This document shows, in pieces, positions 11,701 through 25,089 of a stretch of DNA of 64,000 bases (positions within the stretch are counted from its first letter, which is position 1; the number at the start of each line of letters is the position of its first letter). The stretch is from contig JAYWIR010000062.1 in assembly GCA_036172245.1 (NCBI GenBank), positions 62,001 to 126,000 on the forward strand, read 5' to 3'. The stretch comes from Raillietiella orientalis. Lineage: Eukaryota. Position numbers and translations under genes: made by a program. Below the pieces are notes generated by a model. The model did no database searches and had not been told where the DNA came from. It was given only the letters and a program-made list of their open reading frames with translations.

Positions 11701-13539
11701 TACCCCATTGTCCTACCAGCTGCGGATGCACAAACGTACTTCACGGGGTAGCAGGCATCATCCCGGGCAAAAAGGGCTCGCATGTCCCACAATCAAAGTT
11801 ATGGATCTTCCCCTTCGTGCCGCAATCGGAACTACGTCTTTTCGAACCGAAACAGGAACACATGTCACCAACTAAGCACAGCACCAAAAAATGAATCCTA
11901 CAGTCACCTAATGAGCAGCACCCCACATCATCATCGACTTCCGCATCCTCCGAAACAAACAGATACCAGTTCACAGAGTGAGACCACAAATTCCAAGTAA
12001 ATCATTGGATTCGAATTTCGAAAAGGAACAAAATTGAAACGAAATCGGAAATAAATTCAAACTCGAAAACGATCCCATTAAGGTCCTGAAAAACAGCTGA
12101 TCGACTCCATATGACTATTAAATAATACTCCATATTTGTTTTCCTTCGTAGATACTTCCTCCTTCGTTTAGTTTTCGTTCTCCTAAAGGGCCGTAAACTT
12201 TCAAGATGCCTAGTGGAACAATTTCAAAAACAAAACAAAAATGATTCCAGTCTGTTCATCGAACTCATTCTAATATGGAAGACGAATAAAAACAATCATA
12301 AAGAAAGGCCAGCGCCATATATAAAAACCATCATTTCAACCATTCAGTTTATTTTGAATTTCAGAACATATCACATAACAATTCACCCCATTTCACATTC
12401 ACAAATAGCAAAATTCTGATCGAATGAGTCAAACGGACATGCGATTCATAGATGGTTGTAGACTGAAAAGTTTCATCGTATCTATGTTGAAAGGTAATTA
12501 GAAAAAGCATGATTTGCCTCCAGTTACCATTTCCTGTACACTGAATTTTTGTTTGTTTCCAGGAATGCAAGGCAGAATTAAGTTTTCATTGCTCTCTAAT
12601 TGAGCTCGCGTTATTGTAAATTTTGCTTGTTTTTTTTAGAACGCTCGGAAGGTACTTATTTTCCAGTGCACTGAAAACACTGTGGTGAGATCCTGCAAGG
12701 TCAATATCCCCGCAGGGGCTAGCTGAGAACGGTTCAGCTTTGAAAACGAAGAGAATCGATCTTGAAGACAAACTTGATGGTCTACATCTGAAAACGCTAG
12801 TGTCTCGAAAACTGCGTTTCCATAGGAAGATTGTGAAGTTCAAACGTTCTCACTATCGCCGAAATCTTGAGAAGTCTGTAAAGAACAATGTTCAGGAAAT
12901 GCTGAAATTCCAAGGAAACTGTCTGTTTTCTTCAGAATCAGGAGGTAACGATCTATCACGAACGCTGCATTTCGCCTTCCCACTAATCGATGAGAGACAT
13001 CGACAAGAGACAACACTGATGCACAGAAGAACTTTTCCACTTATGACAGCAAGAATTTCCAGTAAAAGAAAGTTTTACAATACAAATCCCCATTCAGGAT
13101 GCATCCTAACCGTCAATGATATTACCATATTGCTAAACTGCAGAGCTCGTAATTTTCATGGGTGTGGCAATTCTTAATGGCAACCAAATGAGGTTTCTGG
13201 AGTGGCATCACAGTAGAATTTGCGTAGGAAGCAACAGGGTTGTACGTGAGAAACTAAACAAGCCGCAGACTCATCTCAGATTCTCCTCAATCTGACGAGC
13301 GGTGGAGCGATTTCATTCGGATATAACACGTTCACAATTACATACGAAAGAACGTCATTCCCCGCAAGAAGTTGACACGAACGCGGACTCACGACTCTAT
13401 TGTCACCTAGCAATGCACACTCAGCATCAATCCTCCTTCTAGGAAAACAAAGGGTTTGCAATAGGAAGCACTCGGGTTCCCTAAAATCTGCACATTAGCA
13501 GTTATTTCTTTCAAAATGTAGCCGCATGTTCAAGAGGGG

Positions 13540-14200
13540 GCTCTGTGTATCTGTGTCCTCCCGGGCTCCCGTGTTCCCCTTGAAATGGGAGCAGGACTTA
13601 GAAGCGTATAAACCAAGTTCTCGGGGAAATTGCCCCCGACTGAACTGCTTAAGGTACGGAAAGATGGAGTCGACTCCATAATTGGTGCGGGAACGTTCCC
13701 GCACCAGTTATGGAGATGCGGCGTTCCTGCACAAGGAGGCATCGCCAAGGGTTCGCTGCGGCGATGCTCCGAGGGAGGGAGTCTCCACTGGCGGCGTGTG
13801 GGCTTCGACCAGCCTGCTGCATTGGCGCTACCGTCACAGCCCGCCGTCTACGGCACTCACCGGCGCACTCAATGCGGGTCACCGACATGAAGGCATGCGC
13901 CGCCAGCCTGAGGCTGGCTGTGAGGCGGACTCACCTTCCACAAGAAGACGAGTCGGTGGTCGCCGGCATTCCGCGCCTGATCGAGAGGAAGAACCTCAAG
14001 CAAATCATTTCTGTCCCACCCTTTCTTCCTTGATTTATTTGTTGATTGACACCACCCTATTTGGTTACCAATTCCCACCTACCGCAAACGACCTCCCTGT
14101 CGGTGACCCTCTCCTCGATTTTCCTCCCTGTGATTCCTGCTGTTGTTGAGGGAGCGGCGCTCCCGAATTGCCTGCTGGTTTTCAGGAAAAAAACGTTTCG
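13540..14200 (+). mobile_element. Internally deleted LINE ORF2 remnant (RT fragment joined to C-terminal zinc finger and 3' UTR)
   Basis: KRINQVLGEIAPD*TA resembles RT subdomain 2; TFPHQLWRC is a zinc-finger remnant; the C-terminus is homologous to the element at 2830-2930. Confidence 0.5.
13674..13715. repeat. 42-bp fold-back palindrome (1 mismatch)
   Basis: ctccataattggtgcgggaac|gttcccgcaccagttatggag; overlaps the 16-bp palindrome atggagtcgactccat (13664-13679). Confidence 0.9.
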
Positions 14201-14267
14201 GAGGAAGCAGACGGCAATCTGCTTACGAGAACAAATGGACCACCGCGCCGAGAGGGCTTTGCCCGCT

Positions 14268-15095
14268 TGAAGATGGTAAAGTAGATGAGTGATGAAATTT
14301 GTCTGAAAGGTAGTATTGATGAGGTGATAGTTTGAGTTCCTAATCATGTAAGAATTAAAAATGATAATAGTAAAAGTAAGAGAAGAATTTTTTTGTAGGA
14401 TAGTAGTGGGAGGACGGTAGGGCTGAAAGTTTGTATATTGGTAAGGTGGTAAAAATGAGAATTCTGGAGATTAGGGCAATTACTCCTCCTAATTTGTTAG
14501 GGATTGATCGTAGGATGGTATAGGCGAATAGGAAGTATCATTTGCGTTGGATGTGTGAAGGAGTTGTTAGGGGGTTGGAAAGTATGAAATTTTCTTCGGA
14601 CATGAATATATGCGGGAAAAAGGTGAATGTAAGTAGGAGGAGTGTAGCGAGTGGTAGGAGGCTTGTTAGGTCTTTTATGATGAAGAATGGTCGGAAGGGG
14701 AGTATGGTTTCTTTTGGTTCCTAGAGGGTTTGAAGAAAAGTTTTTATGGAGAAAGAATAGACGTGATAGGGGGATGACTACTATAATGAAGGGTTAAATG
14801 AAGTGTAGGAAAAAGAATCAATTAAGAGTGGGGTTGGACACGAAAAGATTCCCTCATAAAAAATGAAATGATGCGTTGTCCGATGAGGGGGATGGCGGAA
14901 AATAGATTAGTGATAACTGTAGCGGCTCAAAAAGATATTTGTCCTCAAGGAAGGAGATATCCTAGGAATGATGTCATTATTAATAAAATGAGGGGAAGTA
15001 ATCCTTATATTCAGGTTGTAGTGTTTTTGTAGGAAAAGAAGTATAATGCGTGGAAGGCATGCAGGTGGATTGCTATGAAAAATGAGGAGGCGGTG
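14268..15095 (-). pseudogene. CYTB: NUMT: mitochondrial cytochrome b fragment
   Basis: The minus strand read with the invertebrate mitochondrial code (TGA=W) gives [50 protein letters not shown] and [41 protein letters not shown]; contains stops and frameshifts; strong mitochondrial-type strand skew. Confidence 0.95.
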
Positions 15096-16035
15096 ACTTT
15101 TCTGGGGCAAGCAATTCTCCCGTTGAAAAAGGAACGCGAAAATGTCCTTCAGGTGGGAGACGACCTCCGCCTTGGCCCAAGCGGGGCAGCGTCACCTAGC
15201 ACCTAGTTCAGTGGAAGGCGCGCGATGAACCCCCGCGATCCACACATCAGGCAGCTCGCAGGAACCTTTGCCTCCGCCAAGCGACGGCGGCTTCTGCACC
15301 GCCGGAGGAGACACTCACACCACGGGGTACCGCCGTCCACTACAAGAGGGGGAAGAGAGTGCATCCCTGTCTCCATGTGCGAGTCGGGAATTATCGCGTC
15401 GTCCTGAGAGAAGTCTGGCAGGCGTTTTAGGAATTTCCAGCCCTCCGACCGGGAGGTCGAAGCGCCTGCGTTAACCGCACGGGATCACAACGGGGCGAAG
15501 CAGGACCAACGACCCCAGGCGATTAGATTTCTCATACGCTCAATGGGCATCTTCGGAGATGCGAGCGTGCGCTGGAAGCTGAGCTGCACTCTGGGAATGT
15601 GCATCCGGAAGAGTCCCAGAACGACATCCTAAGCTCCTCAGCCTCCAGCAAGAAACAACCCACGGACGAGCGGCACCGGACTAACCCGTGCTCTCTTGCA
15701 TCCTGTCAGGCGAAGGCGGGAGCTGCTGGATAGCCGGAGGCGTCAGTTGTGCAGAAAAACAGCCGGCTCTCAATGCGGATCCCCATCTACTTTCGCCCTG
15801 TTTCCTCCCCTCCGCCACCTTCTCCCCAGAACCACACCAACTTCACCCTTCCCGACCACTAGCTCTGCGAGTCCAGCCACGGGAGAAGGGCCCCTCCGTT
15901 TTCGCTTGTCCGAACAAGAAGTGCAGCCGCCTTCGCGTGTGCCGTTGCTAATTTCAGGGCTGTAGGAGTTTTCGGCCCCCTACTCAGTGGGCTCAGAGGC
16001 TCCCGCCAAGCGCACTAGGAGAGATGGGTAGCATT

Positions 16036-16510
16036 GGGCTCAAAATCGCGAACGCCCAAATACCCAGCGATCAAAATCCCGAAGGATCATGGGAAAAAAA
16101 CACATGTGCTGATTACATACGTCTATACATCGAATAATGAACGAATTCCTTTTAGCATACGTGCTTTTCAATATTTACCAACGTATATAAATCATTTACG
16201 CATATCATTAATCATCACAGTCATCATTAATTATTACATTTGCAAACCATTATCATTATTAAACGTATTTTAGCATTGTATTCATGAAGAGTAAAGGTAT
16301 ATTAAGTAAATATGCATTGTGAACAGATATATTGTAGAGTAAGCAAATATTTAATTAGGATGCAGACTAAATAAATATGAGGTTCATATGTTAATATTTA
16401 TGCATTCATTTCATATGCATTGACTATATATAAAAATATACATTGATGTACACAAATAAACATGTACATTTATTTCTTACAATCTTTCGGGATTTCGAAC
16501 GACAACGCGT
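16036..16510. mobile_element. Putative MITE with degenerate terminal inverted repeats
   Basis: Left cgatcaaaatcccgaaggatc (~16068) versus the reverse complement of the right end, cgttcgaaatcccgaaagatt (~16481-16501): 17/21 match. A caaaatc.cgaa subrepeat lies on the left; the AT-rich non-coding core sits within GC-rich flanks. Confidence 0.45.
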
Positions 16511-16559
16511 GGACTCTGGGAACGATGCGCAAAGCATGGGGGAAGAAGGGAGGGGATGG

Positions 16560-16950
16560 CAAATCTACGTAGGTCGCATCTGCTTCCGGGGGGCCCTCCG
16601 GCGTAGGTGCGGTCGTCCTTCCCTTTGCTGTTGCGCAAAGATGGCATTCCGAGGTGTCTTCAGGTGCCCTTCTTTGCCCATGTCATGCAAACAAAAGTGC
16701 GCCGCAGATGCTGCGTAAGGGCGGCCGTGTGGCCACGGTCTCCGCGCATGGGGACCGTGGCGAAGCCACGCGCGGAAGACACCCGCAGCCTGGGCAGGAT
16801 GGGCGCCGAGAAAACAGGGGGTGCGTCGTGGGTTTCGAGTTTCGCCCGCAAGATGACCCTGGTTGGTGCATTCGGGTGTGGGCACTGGTGGAAGCAGCTG
16901 GAAACCCAAGGAGGTCCCCGTTGACTGGCCGAGAGTGGAATCTGACTCAC
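16560..16950 (-). mobile_element. Highly degraded LINE ORF1 zinc-knuckle remnant
   Basis: RTFVCMTW/GKEGHLK across a frameshift resembles CxxCGKEGH. Confidence 0.35.
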
Positions 16951-17619
16951 CGGCGTCCTTCCATTACATCAAGCAGCCCTTCGAAGTTCGCCTTCGGTTG
17001 TGCAAACGGAGCCGTCCCTCCCTCCCTCCCACCCTCTTAGGGGTGACCCTGCATTTCGTGCCATGGAGCCGGTCGATACCTCTCAAGGGTATTAAGAGTT
17101 GCGCTGCTAACTTCGGAGAGCGATTCTTCAGAGGAATTGGGACACGCTCATCGGGGTTTTCTTCAGAGGAGGAAAGGAGGTTCAGATCCCTTCCGGATTC
17201 CCTCCGCAAAAAAAATGAGGAAGAACTTCCCCTGATAGAAAACAAGCAAGAAGCTTTTTTCGGGTTTCCCTACCAACCACAACAGGAACGGACTCTTCTT
17301 TCTACCGAGCTCTCCTGGATTCATACGGTGGTCACTTCCTGCAGGGCTCCCATTGAACCGAAGAGTTTCACGTAATATCTGGTGGTTTGCACTGTGTTTA
17401 AGGAGATTCGAAAGGAGGTCTCCCCTGAGAAGACGCACGCTTCTTCGGCACCTGCAGAGCCAAAAAATAAAAAGAAATCGGGAAAAATAAATCTGGAAGG
17501 GGAAGCAGCAAAAGCAGGAGAAACCCGAAAACATTTCCAACGTGGTAAGCCACCAGTGCCGATCTCCCCGAGTGGTCGCTACTGACCTAATTTTATTCCA
17601 AAAAAAACACTCTACATGC

Positions 17620-17883
17620 ACTTACCCCGCACTTACTTCAAGACGTTCCCCCACGTGCACATTCTGCTATCCCGAGAAGGACAGGCGATAGGAGAGCGCG
17701 CGCCACTCGCCGCCGGTGGTAGTGCGCAGCATGGATTGCAGCCCTCCCCGGAATGCTGGCGCCTTTCCCCTTTTCTTGCCCACCCAGTGCGACGTTCGGC
17801 TTCCAAGCCGACCGTTCCTGGCGACTGCCATCGGCTGGTGCTGCGTGGACCGCGGGCGCTGATGCCTGTCGATCGCGGGCATC
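17620..17883 (+). mobile_element. LINE ORF2 C-terminal zinc-finger fragment
   Basis: TCTFCYPEKDRR*ESARH fits the CxxC...ES..H pattern; interrupted by an antisense element end at 17884. Confidence 0.4.
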
Positions 17884-18200
17884 TCACCCGGGTGCGCCGG
17901 GGCGTTTATTTCACATGGAAAACACACAAAGATTAAAAAATTTGTGGTTGAATCACCGGTCCAACCATGCGAATTTCCACGGATGCCGCCGTGTTGCGAG
18001 TTGGCGGAACGGTGAGGCTCGCCACGGTACCAGGGGGCAGGGAACAAAGAAAAAAACAGAAGAAACAAAGAATAAAAAGCAAATCAAGAACACTTGGGAA
18101 AGGGGAGGCGATGCGGGAAGGGATCACGTCCTGCTTAGGGAGGTCCTCTCCATCCTTTCGAGGATCCCGGCAAGCTCTTCCTGCTTGGAGTAATTGAGGT
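17884..18200 (-). mobile_element. 3' UTR/terminus of a LINE-family element
   Basis: Pyrimidine-rich minus-strand sequence ending in aataaacgccccggcgcacccgggtga, identical (27/27) to 3114-3140. Confidence 0.55.
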
Positions 18201-18569
18201 GGGGCCATCCTCATGAAGCGAACGACAAAGTGGGATGGCATCCCACTTGCTATGTCCTCCTCTCGCATTGCTTCAGGGGGCCACAATCCCGTATAGACAG
18301 CAGCACGTGCTCCAGTGACTTCCTGTACCATGGCCGAGCAATACAGAACTATTCTGCCTCGCTTTCTCAAGGAAGAATGCCTTCCTCTAGCAAAGGAAAA
18401 CAAAACTACCAGCATTCTAACTCATTGTCCATTCTACTGGAAGGCTTTCCTGGAAACGGGGTTCCAGGCGAGCTTCTCGGTGAAACGGAAGCCGGACATG
18501 ACGAGCTTCCCCCGTCTTGAAAACGATTCAAAGCCACGACGTAGAGATTTCTGGATGCAACAGCTAGCG

Positions 18570-20054
18570 GATGATGGAGGGCGTCCAGCACATGCCAGAT
18601 CGCGCAGAGGCTGGGCGGCTGAGGCCAAACGCCCGTCACTCGAGAAGCTTCCTGCCTAAGATAAACAATATCAAAGAGGTGTATTTGGCCCTCTGTAAAG
18701 AGAATGTAGACTTTTTCTACGCACAAGCGATCACGCCGAGCACGACGGGGTTCACAGTTTACACAGACAGTGAACCCCTCATCGAGGCCCTGATCGAAAA
18801 GAGCATAAATATATATGGGTGGATGGTCCGCGGAATCGGCGAAATGGCGTATACGGCGGTGTTTCTTGGAGGGATCTGCGTGACAACAAGTAAGCAAGCG
18901 ATGTGGAGTTTCCTCACCAAGCACGGGAAAGTTATGGATGTGGAATTCCGGGAGTACTCCCGAAAGGTGTTGATGTCATCGCCAAGATCAAGTTATTTGA
19001 AGACGTAAAGATTCCGGGGCTCGCCCACATCGATGCGGATTCCCAGGAAGTCTTCACACGATATAGGCAACAGCCTACATTTTTCGCGGGTTGCAAGCAC
19101 TTTGGCCACAGGGTGCGTGCTTGCTGAGGATCTCGGTGCTTCCCCTGCGGCAAGCGGGGACACCTAGATCCGGTCTTGCAACCAACCTGAAGTGTGTGCC
19201 TTCTGTAAGGCAACGGGCCAGGCGAGGTGGAGCTGCCCGGAATACGCCAACTGGCGTACCATGCGCGGGCTCTCACCCGTACGAGAGAGAACCCAGAAAG
19301 AGGCGGAACAGCCGCAAAACATCACCGAGAAGGTGGAAAAAGTGAGAAAGGTCGTCCCAGTATCGGAGGAGGCTTCATCAAAGTGAGGAAAAAGGGGAAG
19401 AGGACGATGCTCGCTAAGGAGCAGCAGACCTCCGACAAGCCCGAGGAGAAAGCAGAAGAGAAAATGGAAACAGCCGAGCCCGTCCCGGAAACCCTGCGAA
19501 TCAACGAGGAAGTGGCGAAGCTGAATGAAGAGGTCCAGCCGGGAACCAGCGGAGGGGAGCAGGGAAAACGCATCTCCAGGTTTCTGGAAGACATAAATAA
19601 TGTAATGGATGAAATCCAGAGTGAGAAGCTAGGAGAAAAGCTTCTCCACATCAAGTCGAACTTCTGTGCGACAGTGAGCCTGGAGAGGCTCCCAAGCAAA
19701 GTGATCGTGGACTCAGGAAACCCGACGGAGGAGGCAGAATTTCTGACTTCACCAAACGGAAAGTGATGCTGTTAGCGAAAAACCTTCTGCGCAGCGGCGG
19801 CAGCGGTCTAATCGGCAGAAGAAACTCCGAAAGGCTAAAAAATAATATCCCTTTATGGCATCGTCGTTGTTCACCGTCAGGAGAATCCACATTGCTTCCT
19901 GGAATGTTGAGAGAATTACCGACCAGGCAAAGAGAAAAAGGATTGTGCGGACCATTGCACATCAAGATATAGTGTGCCAGCAAGAAATCCACGTGATGGG
20001 GCCATGAATCAGCCTCGACATGGAACGGCGACGCTGACACTCCAACGTTTCTCG
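18570..20054 (+). mobile_element. L1/Tx1-like LINE 5' part: ORF1 plus start of APE endonuclease, truncated at 20054
   Basis: ORF1 with an RRM-like region (FLTKHGKVMDVEF) and knuckles (GCKHFGHRVRAC, CFPCGKRGH, CAFCKATG); EN start RIHIASWNVERITDQAKRKRIV...QDIVCQQEIH at ~19880-19995. Confidence 0.75.
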
Positions 20055-23000
20055 AGCGACGAGCCCCTGGACGGTCCCACGCCCATCGCACCCTCGCGTC
20101 CGGAGACCATCCTTTGCGGTTAAACGGGCGAGATGATCCTGAGGGGAGCCTTGGACCTGCGTCCAGGTTTCCGGAGAGGAGCCGCGATGACGGAAGCTGT
20201 GTTTCGGGCCCCCGCGTCACAGTCGGAAATCTCAGATGGAAGCCGTGCTCCTCAAGGCTTTTTTCGCGACCTCGGGAGGTCGCTGCAGCCAAAAAGCGTA
20301 CTCTTCGGCCGCGTGTTTAAAGGCGACCTCATCGAGCGAGGCCTCGACGAAAGACGACGCCGCCGGGTCGCTAGCCTTCGTGTTGATATTGCCGGAGGGT
20401 TGGCAATCGGCAGCGGTCAGTTCAGCTTTGGCGCACTGTTCGTCCGCAGCAATGCGTTCGATAAGAACAGAGCAGCTTTTTGTTTTCTCACGCTTCGGCG
20501 AAATTTCTCTGCTTTCGCGATTTCTCTTTCTTTCTGTTTGTGCTCCTTTTTGAACATCTTGGACTGGACCACCTGCCAGGCAGCCTCTTCTCCGTTTTCC
20601 TCGACCCTATCGGCATTTTCCAATGGGGTAGGGATGCGGCCTTGGGCTTCGGCGCAGGGATCGCGTCCTTAACGGTGGCTCGCGTTGTTAATTTCCTTTT
20701 TTTTTTTTTCGCGTCGCACTTTTTTTCATTCCTCGGCCGACACTTTTGTGGCATATCCGACGGCAATGCCCCATGGTTTGGCAAAGGTCACACTGCACGT
20801 TGGGGCAGCTCTTCTGGAGGTGTCCCTCCGTACCGCAGCGCCCGCAGTAGTTGCGTTTCCCCACGAACCACAGGTCGACCGTTTCACGCGCCACCACCCA
20901 CGGCGCTCGCCGTTCGTTATGGAGCGGCAGCGACACTACAAGTGAGAGCAAGTCGTGCTCCGAGAAAGGAGAAGGCTTCCTCCACAACGCGTGGACCGTG
21001 CCCAAGTTTTCGAGCTCTTTTCGGACAGCCTCTTTGGTCATCCGGAGAGTAATGCCGAGGAGGTGGACCACGATGCACCTGTCCTCCGTAATGTGGAGGA
21101 ACCAAGGATTGCCCATGAGAACTTGGGTGCGGAGCAGACGCGGAGCGAGAGTTGCTTCCCTGCAAATCACCTCCACGTACTGCCCGCCGCTCGTGATGGT
21201 CATTGCAAACAGCTCCTCCTGCGGTACGCTGCAAGAGCGCAGAGCTTTCGAGAAGGCGCGAGGAGGGCGGAACGCTAAAAGAAGAAACCTCTACTCGCAG
21301 GAGAGTAGAGGTTTCCTACCTTCTATAACGGAAGTGGGAGGTACTCCACTTGCAGGTCGTTCTCCTGCTTCAGTCTTTCCCAAGGTGCTGGAGCCGCAGC
21401 CACGGAAATCCAAGCCCGCGCTGCCGCGAGGGACGATTCTGCGGGTTCGGTTGTTGCCCCCAATTCCATCGCCTCGGGAAAGACTCCTTCAGTAAAACGT
21501 TGCCCGGGCGCCCCATGAGAAACATCTGCACTGGCTAGAAGACAAATTCCTGCACTTACGCTTCAGTTCCGAACTGGTTTTCGCTGTGCGAACTGTGTTC
21601 TTGCAGCTGTCAGGTCAAGGTGATGACCGTGCACACCTGGAAGAAGAGTGCACGAACGGATTGCTGCCTTTCCACTGAACGATCGCCGATTGAGCTCAGT
21701 ACCTATCGAACCACCTTCTTGGAAAGTGAAAGTGCACGCGAACGCTACACGCATTCCAGGTCCTCTGAATCGTCGCCTAACGCGATTGTGGAGGCTAAAC
21801 CCGACGGTCCAATTTGTCCGAATTATGCCAACATGATAGTAGGGAATCATCCGAATTCTTCTCCAATTGGTGATTCCGAGCGTGCAAACGGACACTCGGA
21901 TGAAGTCTCACATTTGTGGATGGAGGTTTTTCACTCTGAGTGCTCTCATTCGCAATAGGAACGAAGGACGTTCTCTGCGTGGAGAGTGTGGCCATGGAAA
22001 TTCGGGGGTCACGAAGACGGGGAGCGAACGAAAGAGGGGAAGCAGCCTTACAGATGGGACGATGCTCTTTCGATACGATGACCTCAGACTGAAATAGGAG
22101 TGAGGTCAGCGTCAACGCTTCCCGTGGACGGTTGGCTGGCTCGCTGACGCGGGCAGAACTGGAACTCGGAGCGCGTCAGCCATCCAGCTTCCTTTCAGAG
22201 GCGATCGACTCGGGATGAGAAAGCCCTGAAATCACCAGGGGAGTGCGAGGGAAGTGCGATGCTGCAGGATGAGGTGACGTTAGTACGGAGCGAGCGATGT
22301 GTCTTGTTTGTTTTTTCGGTGAGACGGCGGATTCAAAAGAATGCAAAGAGCCGTCCTTCGCCGAGGCTTCCGGTTGACCATCGCGCCATGTTCGCCTTGA
22401 CTTCGGAAAACTTGTCCTCCAACTTCGCGACAGAACGGAAAACAAAAGACAAAGGTGGCATTATCGAAAAGGTCTATTCGTGTCATGCGATCGCCCCAAA
22501 CACTTTGCATCCTGCTTCTTCAAGTGGGACTGCTGACCTCACTGCTTTGCTGTCATCGGTGACGTGCCCGAAGCCTGGCGAGCGACTGTAAAAGAACTCG
22601 CACAGCAGCGAAAATCTCACCTTCTTCTCCTACTGCTTCCTTCGGATTCCAATCGGAAAGGAATGCGGCCGTGTCAGCTGGTGGGACTCCGGCAGTGCAC
22701 AGACAGGTCGTGATGGGTCCAAGTGGGGGTGTCGTCAGGCGCTCGTGAACGCTGCTGCCCTCAGCGTTCCTGCTCACACCTGTTGGGTGATGTGCTTGCA
22801 CAAATGTGTGCACGTCCGATAAGACTCCCATCCACGAATCGGCCCACGCCGCATCCCTGAATGCAACAAGCAACGTTTTCGTTTCCCCTCTGTCCCAAAC
22901 ACTTACTCTGCTTTGGATTCCTCGAGGACGTCACCTTCAGGCAATCGCGCCACGTCCGTCGTATCCTTGACAGTTGTTCCAGGATCTGGGCCCCAGGCAA

Positions 23001-23296
23001 AGGATACTTTCCACTGGCGCGCCCTTCAACTTACCCTCTTCAGCCAGGAGAGGTCCGCAACGTTCTCGCTGACGACGCAAAGATGAGCGTAAGTCGCACA
23101 TGCGGTGTTGCACTCTTTGAATGCCTCGATCTGTCGAAGACATTCCGAGAGGGGATCGAGTTGTGTGAGCGCCGTACGGTGGTCAGGTTTCTTGCAACGA
23201 GAAACCACATGGAGGAATCCCCGCTGGATTCTGGAAAAAATAACAAAGTTGCTCGCAAGCACTTGTTCTGACGTTTTCGGAATTGCAAGAAGGCAA
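20055..23296 (-). repeat. Left arm of 3.24-kb inverted duplication (derived copy: partial ORF1 element + partial CAP pseudogene)
   Basis: Reverse complement of 30997-34239; paired ORF coordinates sum to 54293/54294. I noticed only a 1-nt homopolymer indel and two substitutions. Confidence 0.97.
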
Positions 23297-25089
23297 AATT
23301 GCTTGAATGCGGAACCGACTGACTCCGAAAAGAAGTTCGCGATCCTTGCGAAGGGTGCCTTCTGTTTTCATCGAAAACAGGAAAACACGCACTCGTGCAG
23401 CAAACCAATTCTGGCTGCGAAGTGAGTTCACAGGTTTCCACTGCTGAAGACAGCAGCATCTCAGGAAAAAGAACCAAAGCACCAACAACTAACTGCACCA
23501 ATCCACGAAAGCATCTCTGAGATGTATGCACATTCGGAAAGCTTCTTTCTCGAAGGTTGAACGCTCTATCGCCAGGACTTGCATTATGTTTCGCCTATGA
23601 CCTTCCCTGAAGGCACTTCTCCGCGCTGACAACAGCAGCAGCAGCAGCAACCGCAGCAGAGGTATTCCATCAACCGTACCTTGCGGGGCCTGCGGATGCA
23701 GTGTTCCACACTCGACCGTGTTCCTGGATTTCGCAGGGAAACGAGAACAGCATCCGGAAGAGGCAGAAAAATTCCCTATTCGCATTGTGGGCAGGATGAC
23801 GTTCGTGGCTTCCAGACCTGTCCACATCACGTTTCCTTAGGAACGCTTTCGTCACGATGGGACGAAGGAGAGTAGGTTCGTGATAAGAAACCACGCGCCT
23901 ACACATTCTTGTTCTCTCGTGCCCCCTACTTTCTGTTTTCGGTTCTCACGTCTGCAAGCACCAAGGTGGGATATCCTTGGATGGCATCAAATGCAATGTC
24001 CTTCTACGGTGTGTTCGTATTCCATGTGTCTCGGTAAAGAAGAGTGGCGCGACACATTCTTTGCAATAGGAGCGTCAATTCCGTCGGGAAATCGGAGTGA
24101 TTCGTGCTGCGCACCTCCAGGAATCTCGACACCGCCTATGAAATCCTTTTGCCGCAATCGTACTCACAGACGTGTAGGGCTGTCAAGCAAAAAGGTGTTG
24201 GCAGTTACCGAAGACAGAATCACAGTGCCGGTTCCATAATGAGAGATATCAATATCAACGTCGATCCAACGCAGTCGCATGATGTTCATCTTGAAGTGTG
24301 CTGTCCGGCGTATTCGAAGCCATCTGCCTTACGGATGTAGCGAGGAGCCTGACCTCTCCCCTCGATCTGTGCGCGTTGCCCTCCTTCGTTGCCTCCTTCT
24401 CTTCCCCGCACGATATGCCAGGGTCGGTCATCGAGGACCTTTGCCAACAGAGTCGTCTGCTGTCGTTCTTTCTGTCGTTCCAGGCAGTCACAATTGGCTG
24501 TGGGCAACTTCCCGGGAGGACAAGATGGCCGCCGCCTTTGAGAGCATGGCTGGTGCCAGTCGCGCGAGCTGCTTTGCGTGGACGTGTGGGCATGGCTGCG
24601 GTGTTGCGCAACGGCGCAGGCGTGGTGGGCAGCGTTCTTGACGAACACGCGCCGCCGGTCACGGGTGCGTGCCCTGCGGGGGCAGAGTCCGCGCGTTCCC
24701 CTGCCGGGTGTGCGAGGTGCGTGAGCATGCTGTACGCGCAAAGCGTACGCCAAGAGGCAGATCGGTGCTCCTGTTCGCCTTCCGGAGGGCGACGGTCGCC
24801 GTCAAGCTGGCGCGCCATGGCACGCACGAGTACGCCCCTGCCAGCGAAAGCACACGTTCGCGAAGCGCCCAGTTCGCCACAACCCGCACGCCTGCCTTCG
24901 GACCGGACGGTTGCCTGCGCAACTCACTCGGACCCCGGGTTCCATGCGGAAAGACGTCTTTTTGTGGCTCCCGCGGGCGGATTCTCCTTTGGCTGCCTCG
25001 AACGGACTTGTTTTCCCTTCGATGCGCACAGGTGCGTTCAGGTGAAGTTTGTGTGCTGTTTGCGGTCGTTTGAAGGCAGAAATACCGGA

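Noticed and set aside
8800..13400. Short ORFs in the AT-rich spacer
   Set aside because: No homology or exon structure evident; treated as non-coding.
23300..25080. Coding-like ORFs in the inverted-repeat spacer
   Set aside because: No motif recognised in any frame; may be decayed genes but not supportable.
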